A DNA stretch of 64,000 nucleotides from contig JBEKQZ010000001.1 of the NCBI GenBank assembly GCA_049519175.1, positions 335,679-399,678 of the forward strand, given 5' to 3'. Origin of the DNA: Candidatus Levyibacteriota bacterium. GTDB taxonomy: Bacteria; Patescibacteriota; Microgenomatia; Levybacterales; UBA12049. Numbering within the stretch: position 1 is the stretch's first letter; every line of letters begins with the position of its first letter. The notes beneath the pieces were generated by a model. That model was given only the letters and a program-made list of their open reading frames with translations, had not been told where the DNA came from and made no database searches. The position numbers were made by a program, and so were the translations under genes. Shown here piece after piece: positions 1-9,480 of the stretch.

Positions 1-678
1 TATGACAAAGCCTCCGTTATTTCCTTAGGAATAATGGCTGCATGGACAGTGGCAATTTCGGGAGGATACAACACGCCCGTTTTTGCTTCAGGAATACTAT
101 TCTTATGCATATTTTTTTCATTGTATTATTTACTCAATTTAAATAAATCTCTTCAGACAATATTAACCAAAGTCTTAATCGTAATCCTAATTATTATTTT
201 TCCAATTTCCATAGCTAGTTTTTATTTTCTAAGAATTCATAATGTCTACGGCGAGCCTCGTCCGGCAACGCAGTTAACATATAGCGTTGAAAAATTATTG
301 CCGGGAGGAAAGAACATATTTGTTTCAAAAGAAATTTATGTAAAACTTAAGGATTTACAGCTGGCGGAACAAATCGCCAAAAAAGAAAATAAACCCTATG
401 CAATATTGCCGGCCTACGCCGGAATGTGGGTTAAATCCAAACAAGAAAATCCCCTACCGATGGACTTTCCTTTTATTACCAACAGCGAACAAGCTCTGGT
501 CCAGCCGTTAATGAAAGCTCTTAAAAAGGATAAAGGAAAAGTAATTATTATCGTAGATAAGTCCAGCTTAAGTCAACCAGAAGATTACTCAAGTGTGGCA
601 ATTTTCCCAATCTCGTTAATGCCTGGAAAATATTATCAAAAGCTCACCGAGACAAAGTATTTCGTTTTATATCAGTAA
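1..678 (+). CDS. Membrane protein, C-terminal part (5'-truncated), probably GT-C-like glycosylation protein
   Basis: Frame is open from base 1; two hydrophobic helices then a soluble tail; glycosylation-locus context. Confidence 0.6.
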   Translation, partial: YDKASVISLGIMAAWTVAISGGYNTPVFASGILFLCIFFSLYYLLNLNKSLQTILTKVLIVILIIIFPISIASFYFLRIHNVYGEPRPATQLTYSVEKLLPGGKNIFVSKEIYVKLKDLQLAEQIAKKENKPYAILPAYAGMWVKSKQENPLPMDFPFITNSEQALVQPLMKALKKDKGKVIIIVDKSSLSQPEDYSSVAIFPISLMPGKYYQKLTETKYFVLYQ

Positions 679-1387
679 CCTTTATATTTAGATAAGTTTT
701 AAACAGCGATATAAGCATCTTGCTCCCATCACTGAAAACATTGTATTTCGATTTCCTAAGAATTTTCAGGTCATTTTTAACCGGTACTTCAACAACTTTC
801 AAACTAAATCTTTCGGAAAAAATTGCCAGTTGAGCGGAAAAGAAAGCGTTTTGACTGTCGCAATATTTAAGTAATGGAAGGATTACTTCTCTTCTCAAAA
901 AAACTGTTCCCTGGGTGTCTCCGACTTTGGTGTTAAAAAAGATTTTTAACAATTGACGGTAGATTTTAGAAGTAACTTTTCTAATAAACGGAGAATAAGT
1001 AATAGACTGGGGATGGGATTTTGAACCAAAAATAATATCATATCTGTCAGCTATTTTTAACATTTCTTTCAAATCCGAAAATCCAAATGGCAAATCAATT
1101 GCAGTTAGTAGAACATATTCTGCTCTTGTGTTAAAGATTGCCGTTTCCATTGCCAATCCGTGTCCTTTTTCTTTTAGCGTAATCACCTTTAAATTGTTGG
1201 CTGTAAATTTTCCTAGCTCTTTTAAGGTATTATCAGTGCTGCCATTCTCGACAATCAAAATTTCGTAGCTTTTCTTTTTTAAGATTCTCTCTAAACTTTT
1301 TTTTATCTCAATTATTTTAGAATGAATAATTTTTTCTTCGTTGTATACCGGAATACAAAAAGATAAATAATATTGATTATTTGGCAT
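644..1387 (-). CDS. GT2 glycosyltransferase, polyprenol-phosphate sugar synthase (DPM1-like)
   Basis: IPVYNE, VENGSTD, G-x-A, GSK, DTQG motifs; the DxD position reads AID. Confidence 0.85.
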   Translation of the reverse strand: MPNNQYYLSFCIPVYNEEKIIHSKIIEIKKSLERILKKKSYEILIVENGSTDNTLKELGKFTANNLKVITLKEKGHGLAMETAIFNTRAEYVLLTAIDLPFGFSDLKEMLKIADRYDIIFGSKSHPQSITYSPFIRKVTSKIYRQLLKIFFNTKVGDTQGTVFLRREVILPLLKYCDSQNAFFSAQLAIFSERFSLKVVEVPVKNDLKILRKSKYNVFSDGSKMLISLFKTYLNIKVTDIKRNTLSR

Positions 1388-1498
1388 TGTTTAAAATTAT
1401 TAGCTGATAGTTGTTACATTATAACAAAATATGCGAGCAACATTCTATCTGCTTGTGCCGTTTTAGGCAATGTCGTATACTTACAATCATTAAAAGTT

Positions 1499-2149
1499 AT
1501 GTTTACCGACAAAACAATTCTGGCAATTTCTCCTCATACCGATGACGTAGAGCTTGCCTGTGGAGGAGCAATAGCGGAGCTTACCGCTCATGGATCCCGC
1601 GTATATTATGTTGGTCTTTCGGATTGCCAAGACACATTAATCAATACCAGATTTCCAATCGATCAGTTAGCAAAAGAATGTAGGTCCGCTTTAAGAATTC
1701 TGGGAGTTAAAAATAAAGACATTTCTATTTTTCAACATCAGAATAAATTTTTTTGCCAGGATCCTAAGCAAATATTTAAGACTTTAGAGAAATTGCGCGA
1801 CAGTATCCAACCGGACCTTGTTTTAATTCCCGACGTTAATCAAACACATCAGGATCACAAAGTGGTTGCCGAGCAGGCAATTAGTGTTTTCAGAAGAAAA
1901 ACTTCGATGCTTTCCTATGAACAACCATGGAATGACTTGCAATTTACTCCTGATTTCTTTATTCAAATTTCCGCTAAATCGCTCTCTCTTAAAATGAAAG
2001 CCATAAAAACATACAAAACCCAAGTCGCTTTTAAAAGAGGTTACCTTTCCAAAGAATTTATTTATGGACTGGCTGCTGTCAGAGGTGTGCAGATAAACGT
2101 GCAATATGCCGAAGGATTTAAAGTGGTTAAGTTTATCGAAAAACTATGA
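1499..2149 (+). CDS. PIG-L/LmbE family N-deacetylase
   Basis: SPHTDD and HQDH metal motifs; start moved to ATG 1499. Confidence 0.9.
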   Translation: MFTDKTILAISPHTDDVELACGGAIAELTAHGSRVYYVGLSDCQDTLINTRFPIDQLAKECRSALRILGVKNKDISIFQHQNKFFCQDPKQIFKTLEKLRDSIQPDLVLIPDVNQTHQDHKVVAEQAISVFRRKTSMLSYEQPWNDLQFTPDFFIQISAKSLSLKMKAIKTYKTQVAFKRGYLSKEFIYGLAAVRGVQINVQYAEGFKVVKFIEKL

Positions 2150-3216
2150 GGGAGTTAAAAATTCTTCTAACAGGCAGTGGTGCGCCCGGATGGGTGAGTA
2201 TTTATAGATGTTTAAAAGCCGCCGACAGAAATTTGGAAATTTTAGGTTGTGATATTTCTTCTAAAACCGCAGGCGGATACATTGCCAAGAAATCATTTAC
2301 TGTCTCTCCGGGAAATTCACCCAAATATATCGGCGAATTACTTTCTCTTTGCGTTAAGGAAAAAGTGGATGTTGTTTTACCGATTACCGACGCGGAATTA
2401 TTGCCGTTGGCAAAAAAGAGCGGTTTGTTCGAAAAGAAAGGAATTAAAATTTGCGTTTCGTCAGTTGCCTCTTTACAGATAGCCGCCGATAAATTATCTC
2501 TTTTTCGATTTTTAGAAAAAAACGGTTTAGGGAACCCTCAATATCAATTGGTAAATTCATGGAAAGGTTTCGTCGTAGCGATAAAAAAACTGGGATATCC
2601 CAAGAAAGCGGTTTGTTTTAAACCAACTATTTCTTGGGGAAGCCGCGGCTTCCGTATTCTTGATCCAAAAATTAATGCTTATACTATTTACATTCAGCAG
2701 AAACCAACCAGCGTCTACACTTCTTTGGAAGAAATGGAAAGAATCCTCAATCAGGCAAAACAGTTCCCACAGTTATTAGTGATGGAATATTTGCCGGGAG
2801 ATGAATATACTGTTGATGTTTTTGTATCTCAAGGACAAGCGCTTTTTGTTATTCCCAGAAAGCGTATTCAAACAACGGGTGGCATTACTACGGAAGGAGT
2901 AGTTGAAAATAATAAAGAAATAATTGCGTTAAGTAAAAAGATAATTGAGAAGTTGGGACTAAATTATTCGGTCGGCGTGCAACTTAAATATAGCATCAAT
3001 GGCAAACCAAAAGTTCTGGAAGTAAATCCCCGCTTGCAAGGGACATCGGTTATTTCTTTTGCAGCTGGAGTAAATTTACCATACCTAACCATTTTGCAAT
3101 CTCAAGAAAAGAAATTACCCAAAATAAAAATTAAATATGGTATCCATATGTACCGCCATTGGGAAGAGATATTCATAAAGAACAAAAAAGTTATTAAAAT
3201 ATTTAATGAAGATTAA
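2146..3216 (+). CDS. ATP-grasp ligase (carbamoyl-phosphate-synthase-like)
   Basis: DK, KP..GSRG, MEYLPGDEYTVD, EVNPR motifs; ATGA overlap with upstream gene. Confidence 0.9.
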   Translation: MRELKILLTGSGAPGWVSIYRCLKAADRNLEILGCDISSKTAGGYIAKKSFTVSPGNSPKYIGELLSLCVKEKVDVVLPITDAELLPLAKKSGLFEKKGIKICVSSVASLQIAADKLSLFRFLEKNGLGNPQYQLVNSWKGFVVAIKKLGYPKKAVCFKPTISWGSRGFRILDPKINAYTIYIQQKPTSVYTSLEEMERILNQAKQFPQLLVMEYLPGDEYTVDVFVSQGQALFVIPRKRIQTTGGITTEGVVENNKEIIALSKKIIEKLGLNYSVGVQLKYSINGKPKVLEVNPRLQGTSVISFAAGVNLPYLTILQSQEKKLPKIKIKYGIHMYRHWEEIFIKNKKVIKIFNED

Positions 3217-3826
3217 TTGGAGTTATCATATTCATACTAGTTATACGCATGGGCAGAATTCTGTTGAGCAAATTGCCGCATATTGTAAAAAGCTGAAAAT
3301 ACAGGAAATTGCGATTACCGAGCATGTCCGCCGTAAACCTTCTTATCAATTTAATAAATTACGTAATGACATTATTAATGCAGCGGAAAAACATGACATT
3401 CAAATATTTACAGGAATCGAAGCAAAAATTCTTCCCGACGGTTCATTGGACGCGCCAATAGATATCCTTTCTAAAGCGGACGTCGTTATTGGTTCCGTAC
3501 ATAGTTGGCCGGAAAATAAGAGCTTAATGGATGCATATACGCTGCTTGTCAAATCGCCGGCAACAATTATCGGACATCCGAAAATAGTGAATGAAGGACT
3601 TATCAGATTGCTCATTAAATATAAAAAGGTAATGGAGGTAAGTTATAAATATCCATTAAATGATAAGCAATTATGTTTAATACAAAAATTTCCTAAATTG
3701 AAGCTGTCGTTTGGAACTGACGCGCATCAATTAGCGGATATCAAAAACGCCCAAGAATATTTCTATGAAATAAGCAAAAAATATAATTTTACAAATCAAC
3801 TTTGGAAAATTGGCAAAAAAGTATAA
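3206..3826 (+). CDS. PHP-family phosphoesterase
   Basis: HIHT, TEH, GIE, GSVH, GHP, GTDAH motifs. Confidence 0.85.
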   Translation: MKINWSYHIHTSYTHGQNSVEQIAAYCKKLKIQEIAITEHVRRKPSYQFNKLRNDIINAAEKHDIQIFTGIEAKILPDGSLDAPIDILSKADVVIGSVHSWPENKSLMDAYTLLVKSPATIIGHPKIVNEGLIRLLIKYKKVMEVSYKYPLNDKQLCLIQKFPKLKLSFGTDAHQLADIKNAQEYFYEISKKYNFTNQLWKIGKKV

Positions 3827-3893
3827 AAATTAAACTGCCCGCGTTTTTAAAAAGTGCGTTGTTTACTGACAATAGCTATACTATAATACGGAA

Positions 3894-4850
3894 ATGAATG
3901 TTGCGGTGATAGGCGTCGGACAAATGGGCAGGACTCATGCTAGAACATACGCTGGGATGAAAGATGTATCTTTGGTCGCAGTCTCCGATCTAAACGTCCA
4001 ACTTGGCGAAAAAACAGCCAGAGAATTTAAGACAAAATTTTATCAGGATTATAAACAGATGCTCCAGATGGAAAAAATCGATGCGGTCTCAATCTGTGTT
4101 CCTACGAAGTTTCATTATGAAGTAGCAAAATATACTATTAATAATAAGCTTAATACCCTGTTGGAGAAACCAATCACAATGGATGTTAAAGAAGGATATA
4201 ATTTGTTGGCTATGGCAAAAAAAAATAGGGTAAAGTTTCTGGTCGGGCATATTGAAAGATTTAATCCGGCAGTAATAAAAGTTAAGGAAATGATAGCCGC
4301 AAAAGAATTGGGAGAAATTATTGCGATTATGTCACGCCGCGTCGGAGGCTTCCCTCCACAAATTGACGATGCAAATATCGCCGTTGACTTATCGATTCAT
4401 GATATTGATGTCGTTAACTATTTGCTGGGCGATAGTCCGAAAAAAGTTTATGTCAATAAACAGAAAAATCATATTACTCAAAGAGAAGATTCAGTCGAGT
4501 TTTTTCTAAAATATAAAAAAGCGTCGGCATTTTTGCAAGCTAATTGGGTAACTCCGGTAAAAATTAGGAAACTGAATATTACCGGTAAAGAGGGTTACTT
4601 GGAGATGGATTACATTACACAAGAAATAACCTACTATAAAAGTAATTACCGTAAATTTAAAAAAAGATATAAAACTTTTTCGGATTACGTGTTGGAATTT
4701 TCTAAACCTAAAAAAACAAAAGTTTTAGTCGAAAAAAAAGAACCGTTAAAAGAAGAAATTACGTATTTTTTGAATTGCGTTAGGGAAAATATTCGGATTA
4801 ATTCGCAATTTGCGGTCGAAGCGCTCAAAATTGCATTAACAAATAACTAG
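3894..4850 (+). CDS. Gfo/Idh/MocA oxidoreductase, WbpB/WlbA-like NDP-sugar 3-dehydrogenase
   Basis: GxGxxG, EKP, GHIERFNP, DLSIHDID; adjacent acetyl- and aminotransferase. Confidence 0.85.
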   Translation: MNVAVIGVGQMGRTHARTYAGMKDVSLVAVSDLNVQLGEKTAREFKTKFYQDYKQMLQMEKIDAVSICVPTKFHYEVAKYTINNKLNTLLEKPITMDVKEGYNLLAMAKKNRVKFLVGHIERFNPAVIKVKEMIAAKELGEIIAIMSRRVGGFPPQIDDANIAVDLSIHDIDVVNYLLGDSPKKVYVNKQKNHITQREDSVEFFLKYKKASAFLQANWVTPVKIRKLNITGKEGYLEMDYITQEITYYKSNYRKFKKRYKTFSDYVLEFSKPKKTKVLVEKKEPLKEEITYFLNCVRENIRINSQFAVEALKIALTNN

Positions 4851-5345
4851 ATGATACACAAAACAGCCGATATCCATAGCACAGCGAAAATTGACAAAAC
4901 CAGTTCGGTTTGGAATTGGGTTAAGGTTCGGGAGAAGGCGGTTGTCGGTAAGAATTGCATATTGGCTAAAGGAGTTTACGTTGGGAAAAGAGTTTTAATT
5001 GGTGACAATGTCAAAATCCAAAATAACGCCTCAATTTATGAGGGAGTGACTATAGAAGACGGTGTATTTATTGGTCCGCACGTAGTTTTTACCAATGACA
5101 AGTATCCGTCGGCAATAAATGCTCAAGGCAAAATAAAAAGTGAAAAAGATTGGAAACTCGAAAAAACAATTGTGAAACAGGGAGCGTCAATTGGCGCTAA
5201 TGCAACTATTTTACCGGGAATCATAATAGGTAGATGCGCAATGATCGGAGCCGGTTCCGTTGTGACAAAGGATGTTCCTGATTTTGGACTTGTTTATGGT
5301 AATCCGGCAAAACTGATTAAAAAACTGAAGAGGAGTCATAAATGA
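4851..5345 (+). CDS. Hexapeptide-repeat N-acetyltransferase, WbpD/WlbB-like
   Basis: Left-handed beta-helix repeats, KIQNN, FTND, GANATI, GNPA. Confidence 0.9.
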   Translation: MIHKTADIHSTAKIDKTSSVWNWVKVREKAVVGKNCILAKGVYVGKRVLIGDNVKIQNNASIYEGVTIEDGVFIGPHVVFTNDKYPSAINAQGKIKSEKDWKLEKTIVKQGASIGANATILPGIIIGRCAMIGAGSVVTKDVPDFGLVYGNPAKLIKKLKRSHK

Positions 5346-6430
5346 TTGCGATATCAAAGCTTGAATTAGGTAGAGAAGAGTTGTTAGCAGTATCGAAAGT
5401 AATAAAATCAGGAAATCTGACTCAAGGGAAAAAAGTGGCAGAGTTTGAGCAGGCTTTTGCAAAGTTTATTGGAGCAAAATATGCCGTGGCAGTTTCCAGC
5501 GGAACTAGCGCACTTTATCTAAGCCTATTGGCTTTAGGTATTGGTAAAGGTGACGAAGTCATCACTACGCCATTTAGTTTTATTGCTTCTTCCAATGCCA
5601 TTCTTTACACAGGAGCCAAGCCGGTTTTTGTGGACATAGATGAAAAAACTTTTAATATAGATACTAAATTGATTGAAAGGAGAATCACTAAAAAAACAAA
5701 AGCTATTCTGCCCGTGCATCTTTATGGTCTGCCGTGCGACATAAAAAATATCATAAGCATTGCCAGAAAACACCAGCTGTTTGTAATTGAAGACGCTTGC
5801 CAAGCCCATGGTGCTTCGTTTGGAAATCAAATGGTAGGGACTTTTGGAAATCTTGGTTGTTTTTCTTTTTACGCTACAAAGAATATGACCACGGTTGAGG
5901 GAGGTATGATTACAACCAACAGTCAAAAATTAGCGGAAAAATTACTGTTATTAAGAAACCATGGTTCTAAAATAAAATATCAGCATGAAATTCTTGGATA
6001 TAATTTTAGGATGACTGACCTTAACGCCGCAATGGGCTTAGAACAATTAAAAAAACTGCAGAATTCTAATAAGATTAGAGTTAACAATGCCAGCTATCTT
6101 ACGCAGCATTTGTCAAAAAATAAAAACCTTGAAGTTCCTTTTGTTCCGCCCGAGTTTTCTCATGTTTTTCATCAGTATACAATCCGGTTAGGCGAAAGTA
6201 TCAATCGCACCAAGATAATTGCAGCTTTAGATAAAAAGGGAATACAAACAGGAATTTATTATCCAATCCCAATTCACAAACAAAAACTTTATCAATCCCT
6301 GGGATTTAAAGATAAACTTCCTGTTGCCGAGAAAGCGGCTCAAGCAGTATTATCTTTGCCGGTTCACCCATATTTAACCAAGACAGAACTTAAGCGAATC
6401 GTTTCCGCGCTTTCTTCAATTTTGCAATAA
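5342..6430 (+). CDS. DegT/DnrJ/EryC1/StrS aminotransferase, WbpE/WlbC-like
   Basis: [21 protein letters not shown] (PLP lysine), EGG, GYNFR. Confidence 0.93.
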   Translation: MIAISKLELGREELLAVSKVIKSGNLTQGKKVAEFEQAFAKFIGAKYAVAVSSGTSALYLSLLALGIGKGDEVITTPFSFIASSNAILYTGAKPVFVDIDEKTFNIDTKLIERRITKKTKAILPVHLYGLPCDIKNIISIARKHQLFVIEDACQAHGASFGNQMVGTFGNLGCFSFYATKNMTTVEGGMITTNSQKLAEKLLLLRNHGSKIKYQHEILGYNFRMTDLNAAMGLEQLKKLQNSNKIRVNNASYLTQHLSKNKNLEVPFVPPEFSHVFHQYTIRLGESINRTKIIAALDKKGIQTGIYYPIPIHKQKLYQSLGFKDKLPVAEKAAQAVLSLPVHPYLTKTELKRIVSALSSILQ

Positions 6431-8189
6431 GCGTTGGATTTTTGCAGAAAACAAAGATGGTATAGCTTAAAATAGCTATTAGCGCTAAGATAAATCCAGA
6501 TTTCAAGATTTGCAGTATTGGTGGGTCTTTGTAGGCAACCATAATTTGTGTTTTGCCTTTGGGAATAGTAAAAGTAATGATGCCGGGATATCTTTTGTTA
6601 GTAAAATTAATCTCCGTTTGCTTTCCGTTAACGCTAACTGTCCAACCCGGATAATATAAAGTATTTTCTTTTAATACTGCGTCTCCTGTAGAGTTTACAG
6701 AGTAAAAATGCTTTGTGGATGTAATACTTAACACTTTTATTTCTGCTTGTCCTTTTAGCGTATCGATTTTACTGTCTGGAATTTTGTTAATCCAAACCGG
6801 CTGGTTACTAAACCAGATGCTATTTGCGATGTAATTTAGTCCCTCTCCTTGGTAGGTACTTAAAGGAAGGTTGTTTATCAATTGCGTGTCTGTAATTTGC
6901 GGAATGACTCTCCTGTTCCCCCAGTTTAAAATTGTAGAGCTGATAGCTAAGCCGATTACCAGCCAAACGATAACTTTTCTATTTCTATTTATAAGCGCGA
7001 AATAACCGGCAGCAAAGGAAATACCAAGTGTTATGACTGAAAGTATCCGACTACTCATCAATACATTCTTAAGCATTGGGGTGTTGAGCCAAATTATTGA
7101 GGAATATGGTGTGAGCATAAAGATTAAAAAGGCAGTCGTAGCTAACCAAATCGTAACTTCCATTGCGTATCTTGCTTTGGTCTTTTTAAGCAAGAGGTAA
7201 ACTAAAAGATATCCGAGTATAAAAAGTTGAGCATAGCCGATAAGATATGACAACTCTCCCTTTGGTCCTTGAAACAACAATCCGTATCTCCATGGTGAAT
7301 AAAGCAACTCTCTGACGCTAATAAAGCTTGGCAGTGCGTTAAAAAGCGTGGAAGACAGGTTGTATTTGGCAAAGATTAAATACGGTAACCAAACATAACT
7401 TGAAATTAGAATACCCAGTAAGAAAGCGGCTGCCAGTTTCATCCAAAGCCGAATTTGTCGTATTCTTTCTTGATTTTGCAAAAACTGAATTAATAAAAAG
7501 GCAACGATAGGAAAAAGAGCTAATAACGCAATTGCCTGATGTGACATTATCAAAAGAGCAAAACTTAATGCCGTCCAGAAAATGTAGACGATAGCCCCCC
7601 GCTTAAAAAGCCGGTAGGTAAAAAATAGCAAAAGCGGAATAAGTGTAAAGCAGAGAATCTCTCCGACATCGATTCTGAAATGTAAATCTACGAAGTGGTA
7701 AGGCATAAACAGATAAAAAATAGAGGAAGTGAAGGCCGCTAAATCATTTTTAAGCGTTTCTTTTGCCAAAAGATACATAAATAGCCCCGAGAGTATGTAA
7801 GCTAATGCAATGAAGATTTTCATGCTAGCAATAAACGAAAAATTCAAAAAATGAAAAAAGGAAATCAAATAATAGGGGAGTGGATTAAGAAAGACGAATA
7901 GGGGATACCCATAGGTAGCATTCAATTTCCCCGCCCATGATGGTAGTAAATTGCCGTCAACGAGATTCTGATAAAAAGCGATCGCTCTGTAAATGTGTAA
8001 GTTGAAATCCCCGCTTTCATAAACACCGGCTCTTAGTAAGCTTACGAGAGGCAGAAACGAAATGATAAGTAAAAAAATGAATAAATTAATTTTTCTTTTT
8101 GGGAAAATATACCGGTAAAAAAACGCTACTCCAAAGACCAGTAAGCAACCGATAAAATTAATAAATACCATTTGATAAGGTCCAATCAT
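6390..8189 (-). CDS. Polytopic membrane protein, YfhO/GT-C-like glycosyltransferase
   Basis: About 12 TM helices, D..H..R and W....GYPLF loop, C-terminal YYPGW motif. Confidence 0.7.
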   Translation of the reverse strand: MIGPYQMVFINFIGCLLVFGVAFFYRYIFPKRKINLFIFLLIISFLPLVSLLRAGVYESGDFNLHIYRAIAFYQNLVDGNLLPSWAGKLNATYGYPLFVFLNPLPYYLISFFHFLNFSFIASMKIFIALAYILSGLFMYLLAKETLKNDLAAFTSSIFYLFMPYHFVDLHFRIDVGEILCFTLIPLLLFFTYRLFKRGAIVYIFWTALSFALLIMSHQAIALLALFPIVAFLLIQFLQNQERIRQIRLWMKLAAAFLLGILISSYVWLPYLIFAKYNLSSTLFNALPSFISVRELLYSPWRYGLLFQGPKGELSYLIGYAQLFILGYLLVYLLLKKTKARYAMEVTIWLATTAFLIFMLTPYSSIIWLNTPMLKNVLMSSRILSVITLGISFAAGYFALINRNRKVIVWLVIGLAISSTILNWGNRRVIPQITDTQLINNLPLSTYQGEGLNYIANSIWFSNQPVWINKIPDSKIDTLKGQAEIKVLSITSTKHFYSVNSTGDAVLKENTLYYPGWTVSVNGKQTEINFTNKRYPGIITFTIPKGKTQIMVAYKDPPILQILKSGFILALIAILSYTIFVFCKNPTLIAKLKKARKRFA

Positions 8190-8253
8190 AATTATCTAAA
8201 ACTGTGGTTTAATTATAGCGCAATGTGTTATACTCTGCCTACGGATTTATAAC

Positions 8254-9480
8254 ATGAAAACTTCTCTAATCTGTACGGTTGTAAACGAGGAAAAAACAAT
8301 TGCTGATTTTTTAAGTTCTATTTTCAATCAAACAAAATTGCCCGACGAAATAATAATTGTTGACGGCGGTTCAAGGGATAATACTATAGCTAAAATTTCC
8401 AATTTCCAATTTCCAATTTCCAAAAAGAAACTGCCAAATATCAAACTTTTGTTCAAAGTTGGAAACCGGTCGGTTGGTAGAAATGAGGCAATTAATAAAG
8501 CCACCGGAGATATAATTTTAATTTCCGACGCAGGTTGTATCTTGGACAAAAACTGGGTGAAAAATATTACCGCTCCCTTTTCGAATAGAAAGGTTGATGT
8601 AGTTGCGGGTTATTACAAAGGAGACGCAAAAAATATTTTCCAAAAATGTCTTATTCCTTATGTTTTAGTGATGGAAGATAAGCTGGTAGAAAATGATTTT
8701 TTGCCGGCAACCAGATCAATGGCTCTTCGAAAAACAGTTTGGAGAAAAGTAGGAAAATTCGATGAAAAACTTTCGCATAACGAGGACTACGCTTTCGCCA
8801 ACAAATTAAAAAAACACAAAGCGGAAATATTTTTTTGTAAAGACGCGGTTGTTAATTGGATTCCTAGAGCAAATTTAAAACAGGCTTTTGTTATGTTTTT
8901 TCGCTTTGCGTTGGGCGACGCAGAGGCAAAAATTTTTCGGGGTAAAGTAGTTTTCATTTTCCTAAGATATCTGTCTGCAATTTATTTACTTACACTTTGC
9001 TTAATTATGCACTCCGTGTTTCTTTGGATAATCTACATTTTTCTGGTTCTTCTATATGTCAATTGGACGATCTTAAAAAATTACAAATACGTCAATAACA
9101 TTAAGGCGTTTATATATTTACCCTTGTTGCAAATTACGTCGGACATCGCAGTCATGTCCGGTACAACGTATGGTCTAATTAAATTACCAGGGAATAATAT
9201 TAGATTTGTAAGAAGATCAAATAATGAATTTAAAAAGGTAATTATAAAAACGATTTTTGTCTACTTACTATCCATGGCTATTTTATTCGCCGGTTTCAGA
9301 AAGATAAGAGCCTTAATTCCACCGCCTGAAATATCGGAAGAAAAACTGGTAGGTTACGCGCAGTATTTTGGTTATCCGTTATCCTATGACACATATATTT
9401 TCATAGTAATAATACTGCTGCCGATTATTATTCTTATATTCTTCTCCTTTAAAATAAGAACAAATGAAAAGAGTAATTAA
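8254..9480 (+). CDS. GT2 glycosyltransferase with C-terminal membrane extension
   Basis: NEE, VDGGSRD, SDAG, FDE..ED motifs; hydrophobic C-terminus. Confidence 0.85.
   Translation: MKTSLICTVVNEEKTIADFLSSIFNQTKLPDEIIIVDGGSRDNTIAKISNFQFPISKKKLPNIKLLFKVGNRSVGRNEAINKATGDIILISDAGCILDKNWVKNITAPFSNRKVDVVAGYYKGDAKNIFQKCLIPYVLVMEDKLVENDFLPATRSMALRKTVWRKVGKFDEKLSHNEDYAFANKLKKHKAEIFFCKDAVVNWIPRANLKQAFVMFFRFALGDAEAKIFRGKVVFIFLRYLSAIYLLTLCLIMHSVFLWIIYIFLVLLYVNWTILKNYKYVNNIKAFIYLPLLQITSDIAVMSGTTYGLIKLPGNNIRFVRRSNNEFKKVIIKTIFVYLLSMAILFAGFRKIRALIPPPEISEEKLVGYAQYFGYPLSYDTYIFIVIILLPIIILIFFSFKIRTNEKSN
8394..8421 (+). repeat. Tandem heptamer (AATTTCC)x4 inside the GT2 gene
   Basis: Four exact copies, encoding ISNFQFPIS. 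Confidence 0.9.

Noticed and set aside
1373-1498. N-terminal extension of the PIG-L ORF
   Set aside because: Spans the divergent promoter region; the family domain starts at ATG 1499
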